A stretch of DNA of 64,000 nucleotides, from positions 274,041-338,040 of the forward strand of contig NW_015167060.1 of assembly GCF_001447785.1 (NCBI RefSeq), written 5' to 3'. The stretch's first letter is position 1; each line of letters begins with the position of its first letter. A program made the position numbers and the translations under genes. The notes under the pieces are model-generated. The model searched no databases, was not told where the DNA came from, and saw only the letters and a list, made by a program, of their open reading frames with translations. Of this stretch, positions 24,314 to 35,633 are shown piece after piece. The stretch is from Gekko japonicus. Taxonomy: Eukaryota.

Positions 24314-25498
24314 GCCTTGTGTTCTCTGGTTGTAATAGGTTGTAGGCGTGGAATACAGACCATTACTGGATACGGGATCTATATTGCTTTACAAACAGTA
24401 TCCCAAGCAAAAGAGCTGCCCCTCAAGGAATTTGCAACCTAAATTAACAATGTTTAATTTCGGTTTGACGAAAGAGAAAGCAGAAAAGTGCCTTTTGGAG
24501 GTTGCAGCAGCAGCATGGAGAGCAAGATGGAGTCCAGTAACACTTAAAGACTAACAGCATTTGTTCTACCATAAACTTTCACAAGTCTAAGAGTGCACTT
24601 CCTCAGCATGGGGTTTTTTTTTCTCCCCGTGCTGCTGCTGTAACTGTGTAAATATATCCAGGCTACCGAGATAAGTTGTCCTGGAGAAAATGACTGCTAT
24701 GGAGGGTGGAGTCTGTGGCATTATACTCTGCTGAGGCCCCTTCTCTACCCAAACTCGACAATCCCTAGCCTCCACCCCCAAATCTCCAGAAATTTCCCAA
24801 CCCGGATTTGCCAAACCCCATGTGGCTCTCCTTAACCAGAGAGTTTCGGATTAGACTCTACAGTATGCCTTGTGGGGTGAATAAATGGGGAAGCAGCTTC
24901 TGGGCCACTGCTACAATGCAAGAACTTGTCTTAGTTTACCTTAATCATATACATTAATTACTAGGGTTGCTCAAATGGTTGTTCAACTCAGAGGAGAAGC
25001 CACTATTTGGAAAGATGTTGTTCATCATGGAAACTTGTCTGCTGCCTCTGGATGAGCACAGCTTGTTCTCTGCACAATATCTTTTTACTGACATAGTCCA
25101 CTATGTGCTAAGACAGTCTTTCAGAGCAGGAAAGAAAAGTGACATTGGGTACTTGAGTGTGAACCTGCTGTGCCATAAACCATCCCAGCCTACTTCCTTA
25201 CTTATATTTCCAGGCAATAATAAATACATCAAGGGAGAGAACTTAGAAAGATTCCAGGTAATTTGGCAGACTTTTCTAGAGTGTTTTGGAGGCTGAGCAG
25301 GTCCTATTCCTGGGCACTCATAAAATGAATCTAATGAGACTCACAGTGCAATCCTAAACAAGGTTACATCCTTCTAAGATCCTTGATATACTAAGAAGGG
25401 CATAACTGCTTAGGACTGCATTGTACATCCAGCACTAAGTTCCCTTCCCTCCTCATTCTTCTGCTTTCCTTTTTCCTCGTTATTTTATTTTGTTCTCT

Positions 25499-25633
25499 TG
25501 GGAGGATGGGTGGGAGGATGGGTGGGAGGATGGGTGGGAGGATGGGTGGGAGGATGGGTGGGAGGATGGGTGGGAGGATGGGTGGGAGGATGGGTGGGAG
25601 GATGGGTGGGAGGATGGGTGGGAGGATGGGTGG
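25499..25633 (+). repeat. (TGGGAGGATGGG)n 12-mer minisatellite, ~11 perfect units
   Basis: Directly visible. Confidence 0.95.
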
Positions 25634-25675
25634 AAGGGGGCATTATCAGTGATGAATCTCTTCTTGAAGTGCAAA

Positions 25676-25873
25676 ATAATAAAAAGCCCAGTAGCACCTT
25701 TAAGACTAACCAATTTTATTGTAGCATAAGCTTTTGAGAAACACAGCATGCATCTGACGAAGAGAGCTGTGTTTCTCAAAAGCTTATGCTACAATAAAGT
25801 TTGTTGGTATTAAAGGTGCTACTGGGCTTTTTATTTTTTTGCAGCAGCAGACTAACATGGCTAACTCCTCTGG
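25676..25873. mobile_element. Penelope-derived fold-back with hammerhead-like core
   Basis: Inverted arms; GCAT-CTGACGA-stem-CAAAA-GCTT-ATGC at 25750-25789; 15-bp direct repeat TTCTTGAAGTGCAAA flanks. Confidence 0.65.
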
Positions 25874-27650
25874 TTCTTGAAGTGCAAATTTCTTGCTCTA
25901 TCAGTCCATCTGTAATCCAGATACTGATTAACATTGTGTTTGATACAAACATTGTGTTTGTTTATTTGCTACTTTTTGTATCCTTGGAAAACAAATAATT
26001 CTGAGTAAATTTCTTATAACAAAAATATTTACACATTTACATTAGTGTGATCCTTAGCAAATTCAAATAGAGTACAATGTGAATGCATGGGGGCAGTTCT
26101 GTATCCGCTGGCCTCATGTCCAGAGACTCCATACAGTGATCAGAACTTCTGCCTCAGGACACACAGTTGTATACCCCCAATATTTAGAGGCTCTACACTT
26201 GGAATCTGTATTCTCCATTTTTGCAGGTATGGATTGTACATTCAGAGAGTCCACAGTGTGGTGTATACACAAAGGCCTTTTCACAAATGAACATTTAGGA
26301 TGGAACCAGGAGATGCCCCCCAATGTATTTATTTGCACCCTGTTTGACCATCTGCATAGGCCTTCTGTGCCCAGATCCATTCAGATATTTTTCTGCTGCT
26401 ATATAGCTAATAATCTTGGGTAACAATTTCAGCCTTAAAGGTACCACAATTTTATTTGTACTGTCTTTCTTACCAGAGACCTGTGTGGTCCAATCAGCAC
26501 TAGAGAGAGATCTGAATTACTGTTAGCTTTTATATTTTCAGACATAGAATAGCCATTATTTGAGTCTGTGTCCCAGCAGTGTTTGGTATAAACTGAAATC
26601 TGTTTCATATCTATCAAAGAGTCTAACTTAATTAAGTCTACATAATAACACCATCTGTATTCCATTTTAAAATTTAACAGCATATATGGTTGTGCTTTTT
26701 CACCATGACCTGAAATATATCAAAAAACCCCACTTCCTTTTAAAAACTGAACTTTTAGTCTGAAGAAGAGCTCTGGGGAACTCATTTATTTGCTACTTTT
26801 CAACGTTTTAATTGCTCTGAATAGGTTTTGTGCTACTGTCACTTTCTGATCCCACCCCCCCATGGACCAGTGCAGCTACTTGCAGTTTTAATCCAAATGT
26901 TGTTTTGCATCTGACACAGATGAAGCAAATGTTGTTGGCATTTTTGTCTAGTACAGGGTCTTATGTTTCTCTCCTTTGAATGACTTTAAATTCTCTTATC
27001 ACCAGCTCTTAAGTGGATTATTCTCCTCTCAAGCGATGGCCCTCATTTGATCCCATCATCCTGCTATTGGCAATACCCACAGGACAGCCTATTAAACCAA
27101 ACTTTGGATCCAGTAGTAGCGGCTCAAAAATGGATACCAATCTGGAGACTACAGCCCACTGTACGGGGGGGGGATCTCTCTCTGCTGTGTTTCAGGATCA
27201 GCTCTAGTAGGAGATCCTTGGTCAGCAAGTTCATACTCATTTGGAGGCAGTGCTGCTGAGAGGGGAGGACTAAAGGGACAACATTCCAGGGGTTCCTATC
27301 CTCCTGGAGGTTCATGGAGCTCTGCAGATCATGTAATCTGCTGTCTTATTTATTTACTCCATTCATACCCAAGCTTTCTAACCAAATGGAAACCCAAAGA
27401 GGTTTACACTGTTCTCCTCTCCTGCATTCTATCCTCATAACATCCCTGTGAGGTTAGGCTGAGAGTGTGTGACTGGCCCGAGGTCATCCAGCAAGCTTCC
27501 AGGCATGCAAGAATGAATGCGTTTACTCCCCTAATTTTCAGGGATTTCTGCAGCTGTCAGTCACATGACAGAACAGACTAAGCATGCTATAGAGTATTTT
27601 CTTTTGCTCGTCCGTTTGTTTTCTATTTGCTTTTCTGGCAAAGTTAGGAT

Positions 27651-27846
27651 CAGTGTTCCCTCTAAGCTGAGTTAGTGTGAGCTAGCTCACAGTTCTTTAG
27701 CCTCCGGCTCACACATTTTTGTCTTAGCTCAGGAAGGACGGCTCCAGAGCAAACTAATTTATGCAGCAGCCAAATCGCTCGCTCACCACTTTAATGCCAG
27801 GAGCTCACAAAGTAGAATGTTTGCTCACAGCTTAGAGGGAACATTG
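27651..27846. mobile_element. hAT MITE
   Basis: TIRs CAGTGTTCCCTCTAAGCTG / CAGCTTAGAGGGAACATTG; perfect 8-bp TSD GTTAGGAT. Confidence 0.85.
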
Positions 27847-28847
27847 GTTAGGATGTCAGAAAAAATCATACAGTTGTTTAGCCTTAGAGACTTCTTAGTA
27901 TCACTAGGTTAATTTACAATCGGTTAATGAAAAAGGGAGTGTGAATGGACATTGCAAAGGCCGGGAGTGTTACATTTCAGTCTTAGAGGTCCAGTGATTC
28001 TCATGACATGCAAATGTTATGTAAAGCAGTTTATTTATTTATTACATTTTAATGTTGCCCTTTCTCGAAGGAGCTTAGGATATTGTTCATGGATCCCTCC
28101 CACTTTTTTATGCATACATGGTCCTCTTTCCCACTTTGTCTTGACAAGCTCTGTATGTAGAAAGGGAGTGAATGGCCCAGGATCACCCACTGGATTTCAT
28201 AGCAGAGTGTTGATTTGACTCTAGGTCTTCCCAGTCCTAGTCCAATACTGTTACTGCTGTCTCCAGCAAAGGAATGAACACCCAAGTTGTGTCCCGGAGG
28301 CTGGTGGATCAGCTGAAAGTATGAGGGTGCTTGCAAAGAGCATATTCATTTTGTGCTTCCAGTTTACACTAGGATTTTCTTTGCTTCACGTATGAATTTG
28401 TTCACAGTCACAGTTCCTAGATGGCTCTCAGAATTAATTCCAGTTTTTCTTTCCAGTTTGGGCATACCTTTTGGAGGAGACCTGTCTTCCCAGAGTCATC
28501 CCTCAGATTGTCCAGTACTTAAGTGTCAGAGAGACCTTTGTGCTCCTGTAGTATATTCAGTCTCTTTGATGCATTAGCCATGAAGAACAAGATGGTTGTT
28601 TGCTGGTGGGGTCAGCCATTTCAGAAAACATGGGGAACTGTTTTGTGGAATTTAACTGGATAATCTAGTTGAAATTGAGATGCTCCACTGAGTATTTAGA
28701 TGTTGTAAAGGCAAGTTCTTTTCTTGCCCTGGAATCTTGGCTCAGATCTGGATGGTACATCTACAGTGAATCTTTTGCACCTCTGGGACCAAACCTGTGG
28801 CCTACAGATTTAGTACCACTATAACTCCATTCCTTTACTCAGCACTA

Positions 28848-28895
28848 TCATTTCTTCCAGCTTGAGATCTGGCTACACATCCAGTTCATGCCATC
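28848..28895 (-). CDS. ARL3-like coding exon 6
   Basis: [15 protein letters not shown]. Confidence 0.92.
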   Translation of the reverse strand, partial: DGMNWMCSQISSWKK

Positions 28896-31800
28896 CTAGA
28901 AAGATAAAAGTGAGCAACAGCTATTACTGGGCCCTGAGCATTCCCATTTACCATTACCAGCTCTAAAACCATTATTTATTCCTTTTATTAGTCTTGTATC
29001 CTGCCGTCCCCGCAAGCAGGCTCAGGGCAGGTTCCATCAGGATCGCTACATTACATAATACAATTAAAAACAATTATAGACTCCTTTGAAATCTCTTTCT
29101 ATGCATATATACCCCAAAATGTTTGTACCTGGACTCCTTCACCAGATATGGCTGAACAGGCTTGGATTTGCCACGGCCGGTCTCGATAGGTGTGCAGGCT
29201 CAGTCCTTCAGCAATGTCTGCGGCAAGCGATGCTGTTGCCAGATCCTGCTTGTTCGCAAAGACCAGCAAAGGGACACCAATGAGATTGCCTTCTTCCACT
29301 AATTCCGACAGCTCCTAGTAAACACACATACACACACACAATGCTCTTCAAGGTGATTCCCAGTCCAAGATACAATGGCATGTATCTTACCACTCTACTA
29401 AGTAAAGTTTGAACCTCTCCTCCAGTGCGTCCTCCAACTTAAGTGGTTCTTCCTTCAATGGAAAAGCCGTTAAAGTTGGAGACAGGCTCCTTAAGCTGAA
29501 GAACTTCCTGCAGCCTAAGGTAAGATACATGCCAGTGGCATTGGATAAAAGCAGTATAAATTAAAACAACCAATCAAACAACTAAAATACACATAAGGTG
29601 GTAAGAAAATCAACAGTAACAAAATGGATAGGCAACAAATGACAGAAATGTTCATGTTATTTATTCAAGATTGGTAGCTGTGTTTGTCTGTAGCAACAGA
29701 AAAGAGCAAGAGTCCAGTAGCACCTTAAAGACGAATAAAATTTGTGGCAGGGTATGAGCTTTCATGAGTCACTATCTGATATCTGAAGAAGCGAGCAGTG
29801 ACTCACGAAAGCTCATACCCTGTCATGTTGTTAGTGTTAACATGCTCTGTGCCGGGCTACCTTTGAATATGCTTTTGGAATCTTCAGGCGGTCCAGAATG
29901 CAGCTGCTAGATTGCTGACAGGGTCACCCTTGTCTGCTCATATAGTATCAATGTTTCAGCACTTGCACTGGTTTCCAATCAGCTTCTGGTGCCAATCTAA
30001 AGTGCTGGTTTTGACCTATAAAGCCCTAAATGGTCTGGAACTGCCTTCCCTGTGTGACCCCCCTCACCTCCTTAGATCATCACAGGGGGACCTTCTACAG
30101 GTGCCTGGTCTGCTAATTGCCTGCCTGTCAACCACCAGGGCATGGGCATTTTCAGTGGCTGCCCCCTCTCTCTGGAACCAGCTCCCCGGGGCAGTTTGTG
30201 CCCTGAGGGACATTCCAGTATTCTGTAGGGCATGCAAGGCTGCTTTGTTTTGGGTGGCCTTTGGTTAGCATTACAACTGGGAGCTGGCCAGTTGTTTAAG
30301 TCCTTCTGATTGGCTTGTCAAGTTGATGTTTTGATTGGTTTTATGGTTTTATACTTGTTGTATTTATTTGTATTATGTTTATATTTTTTGTATTTTAAAT
30401 GTTGTAAGCTCCACCAAGTCCCCTGTGGGGAGAGGGTGTGGGGCATAAAGTAAATAAATAAATAAGTGCTCACCAAAATTTCAACAGAATAAAACAATTT
30501 TATATTGATGCTGAAAATAAAAGAGAGTAGGTACCAAAAAGTGTCTCCAGGGAGGGTATTCAGGGTGCTACCACCATGAAGGCCCTATTCCAGGTTGCCT
30601 CTCACCCATCTTCCAAAGTCATAGGCACTTGGAACAGGCTTCAGATGATGACCTTTATGTAGAGGCACATTCATACTGAAGATGTTGCTCCTTCATGTAC
30701 TCTGATCCAAGACTTTTTTAGAGTAAATAGGCCAATACATACTGGAAGCTAGTGCAGGCTCATTTGGCATCAATAAGGTATACTCAGTATGGCAGGTCCC
30801 ATTTAAAAATATTCCAAACTAGTTGAAGTTTTTGAATACACTTCACTATACACCCCCACTATAATAATCAACCTCAATATTAGCAAAGGCCATAACTGTA
30901 ATAAAGTCACCTGCTTCCAAGAGGGGAAACAGCTGCTCCACCAAGTGACGTTGATGGAGGGAATTCCATGCCATGAATGCTGCTCGGGCATCCATAGGGC
31001 AAGATCTAAAAGGGCCTCATAGTTTCACTACAAGAGCAGAGTAAAAGAAGTGTGGCATTAAAGCACCGACCAAGAACTCTGAAAACTTAGTTCCAGTATT
31101 AGATTATGTAACTCTAGATAATATTTTTACCCTCAATGTTTCCAGTTTATAACCCTGGTTGTGCAGTTCTGTACAGTTTAACTGATGGGGGGGAAGTCTG
31201 TAGAAAATCCTGCTGTAGGATGGAGTTATGAGACTGGATGAAGCAGCCTGCCTATCCTACCTGCCCAGTCTCTTCAAACCGTTTCTGGTCAGCGCTGTCA
31301 ATAACATAGATCTGCAATCAGAAAAAAAGAGAGTCACCTACTGCCTACCATGACTGTTATTGGTCCCAGATCCTTTTCATCAACTCCTATCCATAAACAG
31401 CTAATACTACTGGAGGTTAATTCTTCTTATACAGGGCTCACTTAAGATGACTGCAAGACATTTTTGTTGCCTGAGAGAGAGAGAATCCAAGTAGAATAGT
31501 AGCAAAAACAAAGTAATAAAATTAACTGAATAACTATCATATAATGGTATTTCAGAGTCTGCAACATGAAGCACATTGGCTTAAATTGCCTTATTTGCTG
31601 GGGGTTAACTTTACCCTAGATTCCACTACTGTCTACCTCTTCATGTTCTACAGAGGCAGTTGGGGTAGGGGGATGGTCCCCATGCTCACCAATATGTCCG
31701 TGCTGACCAGATACTTCTTCCAGTAGGCCCGGATGGCCCGTTGTCCTCCTATGTCCCAAAGAGTGAGCTTGAAACCATGAGCGTGGACACTCTTGATATT

Positions 31801-33971
31801 GAACCCCTGTGAAGATGAAGTGGGAAAAGGTGGTACAGGAAAACATGACAGTTACTGAGTGTGTGGCCATTGCATAGCACAGGAGGGGGACCAAATGTCT
31901 AAGATACAAATTACATATTAAATATAAACAAGTATAATAATGGCTTGTTGGCCTGCTGCAGTTGGGAAAGCTACTTCTGGTGGAGGCATTCAGAAGTGAA
32001 GAAGGCCTTAGAGCAGCCTGTGCCAACTCCAGCTTGGGAAATTCCTGAACATGTGATGGTAGTGTCTGGAGGGACGGAGTTTGACCAGGAAGCTCAGCAG
32101 GGATGTGATGCCATAGAGACCACCCTCTGAAGCTGGCCTTTCTTCCAGGTGAATTGATCTCTGTAGTCTGGAGGCCAGGGTAATTCTGAGATAACTTCAG
32201 GCCCTGCCTTCCGGTTGGTAACCCTGCTGTCTCTTTGTTCCCAGTCATCCTCCTCAGAAATAAATTTTTTGGATCTAAATGGATCATCAGACAACTGTTG
32301 ACATGTGCATCCGTATCGTGTGTAGTCTGGGCATTTGAACACTCAGGAAGAAACTATGCATTACAAGCGATGGTGCATGATATTTTTTTGGTGGCTGCTG
32401 CCAAGGTGGATTCAGGAGGGAACATGGCAGAGAAGGTGCCAGGGAATAGCATTGTGCTTGCGCGCACACAGAAACCCCCACTCCCACCACTTCTTCATTA
32501 CAACATGTAGGGAGTTTGCATACAATGTGTGATTGGGCTCTAAAGATGCTTGAGAATTCAGATGAGAAATCTTTTAATAAAGTAAAAAGGTAAAGGTAAA
32601 GGTTCCCTTGCACGAAATCCAGTCGAATCCGACTCTAGGGTTGCGGTGCTCATCTCCATTTCAAAGCTGAAGAGCCAGCGCTGTCCGAAGACATTTCTGT
32701 GGTCATGTGGCCGGCATGACTAAACGCCAAGGCGCATGGAACACTGTTACCTTCCCACTGAAGCGGTACCTATTTATCTACTTGCAATTTCTTGCTTTCG
32801 AACTGCTAGGTTGGCAGGAGCTGGAACAAGAGACGGGAGCTCACTCCATCATGCGGCACACTCGGGTCTCGAACTGCTGAACTACCGACCTTCCACAGCC
32901 TGCAGTTCAACATCTTAACCACTTGAGCCACCGCAGCTCCTTTAATAAAGTATATTAATTTAAAAAGTAAATTCAGTCTTCCCCACTCTCCTGTCCCAGT
33001 GGCTGAGCTACAGGTCTATCACAACTAAAGCTAAGTGCCAGTATGTTATAGGAGAGGGGATTGATGGGCTGGGCACAAAATGGCTAGGGTATTACCGCTG
33101 GCATATCCTTAGAGGAGCGTCTCAGATCTACATGCTTGAGGTTGAAGTAGTCATAACAGCTGCAGCAAGGGTGTTGGTGAGGGTCCTACTTGCAAACCAG
33201 TTTCTCTAAGTCTCTATGTAATGAGTTACCCAACTGCTGAATGTCCCATCCCAACCCCTCAACACTGATCCTCTCTGCTGAGGGGCTTACCTGTGTGGGG
33301 GTGATGGTGTCCACCTCTTCCGACGCCAGGCACTTCAACAAAGTGGTCTTGCCAGCATTGTCCAGTCCCAGTAGAACAATCCTCAAGTCTCTCTCTTCAG
33401 AACCTTTAAGCTTTTGGATGACTGACAGAAGCCCCTGTGTTGTGAAAAGAGGTTTCGTAGACGGGGCCCTTTATTCATGTGGCCGAGAAAAAAGTGATAG
33501 GGCAAAGCATTCTATGGAAACACAATGGGGTGCTTCTGTGTTTGCTGCGGGGATGGGGGCCATACCAGAGTGGCTGCCAAGCTTGACTTTTAGAACCTTC
33601 CTCTGACCTGTCATTTGGTTCCTCAAGACTTCAGAGTTGATCCAGGGCCCTAGCAAAACATATGCAATTTTAGCCCTACTTTTGTGACTATGTTGTTCTG
33701 ATCTCAGTATCGTTCCCTGCTCTTCTCACATAGGAACAATTCTACCAACCTGCTCCACTAGCCCCAGGGATCCTTTCTGTTCCTTATGATTGTCTGTTAC
33801 AGAATACTCTGTAATGCCGACAGGTCTTGTCTCTGAAACCAGAGGGTAGGAATTACTTCTAGGGAGCTTGGCAGCAAGCACCAGTGGCTGACTAGCCACA
33901 CTGTAAATAAGGTTCCTGAGCTATTTGCTGCTGGGTCGGAAGAATCGACTTACCTTCTGCACTTCACCCAT
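28848..33971 (-). CDS. ADP-ribosylation factor-like protein 3-like GTPase (ARL3 paralogue), complete 6-exon CDS, 187 aa
   Basis: Exons 33954-33971, 33291-33434, 31690-31806, 31261-31311, 29129-29314, 28848-28895; sum 564 nt; G1 [15 protein letters not shown]3 WDIGGQ, G4 NKQD, G5 CSA; ARL3-like sequence with N-terminal MGEVQK extension. Confidence 0.93.
29129..29314 (-). CDS. ARL3-like coding exon 5
   Basis: [62 protein letters not shown]. Confidence 0.94.
29667..29838. mobile_element. Penelope-derived fold-back with hammerhead-like core
   Basis: CTGAAGA-AGCGAGCAGTGACTCAC-GAAA at 29783-29810; same family as 3884. Confidence 0.6.
29850..30465 (+). mobile_element. L2-type LINE 3' fragment
   Basis: [21 protein letters not shown]...[17 protein letters not shown]; (TAAA)n tail. 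Confidence 0.75.
31261..31311 (-). CDS. ARL3-like coding exon 4
   Basis: [17 protein letters not shown]. Confidence 0.93.
31690..31806 (-). CDS. ARL3-like coding exon 3
   Basis: [39 protein letters not shown]. Confidence 0.94.
32585..32940 (-). mobile_element. Sauria SINE, full length
   Basis: (ACCTTT)n tail on minus strand, tRNA-like head, TSD TTTAATAAAGTA. Confidence 0.88.
33291..33434 (-). CDS. ARL3-like coding exon 2
   Basis: [48 protein letters not shown]. Confidence 0.94.
33954..33971 (-). CDS. ARL3-like coding exon 1
   Basis: MGEVQK|gtaagt. Confidence 0.8.
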
Positions 33972-34257
33972 GATCAGGCCCTCTACAGGCCCTCCTCTGC
34001 AGATCCAGACTTCGAAGAGGCTTCCTGTACTAGCTAGTGGCTAGGTTCCTGCTGTGTGACTGACATGCCTGGCTCCAGCTAGGGGAGGAAGAGGATTATG
34101 ACTCCAGGATTAGCTTGTGTCTCTCCATTGACCTAGGGTACTTAGTAATACCCTATGTAAATCCCCATTGCCAGCTGTCACCTCAGCCTGACCAGACCTC
34201 CCTGCTGAATCTATAGGATAAGATGCCGTGTTGGCCGAGCCAGTGTTAAGCACCTAC

Positions 34258-34379
34258 CTGGGAACAATAGAGATTTTACTTGGACAGCTGTAGTCGATGA
34301 GGATTTGAATATTTTCCCTTAAGCAGTTCGAATGAAAATAATCTCCATCCAGAAGATTTGACCAGGTTGGCCATGGTCC
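34258..34379 (-). other. Candidate 5'-UTR exon of the ARL3-like gene
   Basis: Polypyrimidine tract + tgcag acceptor and CAG|gtaggt donor ~290 bp upstream of the ATG; contains a short uORF. Confidence 0.35.
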
Positions 34380-35550
34380 CTGCAAAAAAGGAAAGAGATA
34401 GGAGGGCCTGCTATAGAACAAAACAATCAGGTGGAATCTAGGTTCAGAAACTTATTCAGGAATTTCTGCCAGCACCACTCCCTCCTCTCCTGGATTTAGT
34501 TGATTTATTTATTATCCTTCCCTTCCTCCAAGGAGCTCAGGACAGCTTATTTGGTCTCCTTCTTTCTCCATTTCAAGTCTTGTCTTTGTCACTTGGAATG
34601 CTTGCAATTATTTTTTTATAAGGTTTCCTTACTTGGCAGGTGAGTTTTCATAGAGAAGATAATAACTTCCATTGTTTCCTTCTTGTAGAGTCCCTGTGTG
34701 TAGTGTAAAATCAAGGACTGGGGCAACCATCTAAATCCTCCAATTATCCTCCAATTAAAAATGTATGGCATCTGACTTTCTCCCCAAACACTTTGATGTG
34801 TGGACTGTTAGACTATCCGCCCTCTGTGTGCTGACTGTATTTCTGTTGCTTCAGTTTCTGCCTCTTAATTGTGACCATCACTTCCTTTCTACTGCTTGGA
34901 TAAAGTAAGTAATTCACAACAGAGTTTCTAGCCCATCAGCGGAGCAGGATCTCTCTTTTGGTGTCTGTGTCATGGGAAGAAATACCTGTAAGGGTTCTGA
35001 GCAGAGCAGTGTTAGTTAAATCAGAGCTGCTTTGGGGGGGAGTGGGCAGAGAATGCACAGCCCCCCCTCTTCTGATCATGCCTCCCTTTGCATACATCAA
35101 CCCACGTGCTTGTGCGTCATTCCCCCACCCCTTCACAAGCCCTCTCACTGCTCATGTTCACATATGCCCGCACCAGCTACATGCCTTTTCCTATGCTGGG
35201 CAGTGTGTAAAGCTGGGAGCATGGATGGTGGAATGCTTGCAAGCAAGCAGGTGGGGTTAGGCCATACAAATCTGCCACAATGGGACACAGCAGAAGTCCT
35301 GAGCCCTGGTAGCCATAGTTCCCTCTAAGCTGCACTAGGGAGTGCTGGTGCACAAAATTCTAACAGGCAGCTCAAGGGTTTTAGCATCAGCCCTCAAGAC
35401 ATTTTTCCCCTCCACTGGAAACAATGGAGAATGGGGGCACCTCCTTCTCAGAGTTGGACCCCCTGGTCCAATCTTTTTGAAACTTGGGGGGGGGTATTGA
35501 GGAGAGGGGCACCAGCAGCTATGCTGCAAATTTGGTGCCTCTACCTAAAA

Positions 35551-35633
35551 NNNNNNNNNNNNNNNNNNNNNNNNNNNNNNNNNNNNNNNNNNNNNNNNNN
35601 NNNNNNNNNNNNNNNNNNNNNNNNNNNNNNNNN
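35551..35633. other. Assembly gap (83 N)
   Basis: Run of N. Confidence 1.

Noticed and set aside
25480-25779. Repetitive ORFs (HPSS, WEDG, GGWV)
   Set aside because: Translations of the 12-mer minisatellite
31616-32287. 223-aa minus-strand ORF
   Set aside because: Runs through intronic repeat sequence and crosses ARL3-like exon 3 in the wrong frame
28848-33971. Assigning the symbol ARL3
   Set aside because: N-terminal extension, divergent switch II and LMAN2/RGS14 neighbourhood indicate a paralogue; symbol left blank
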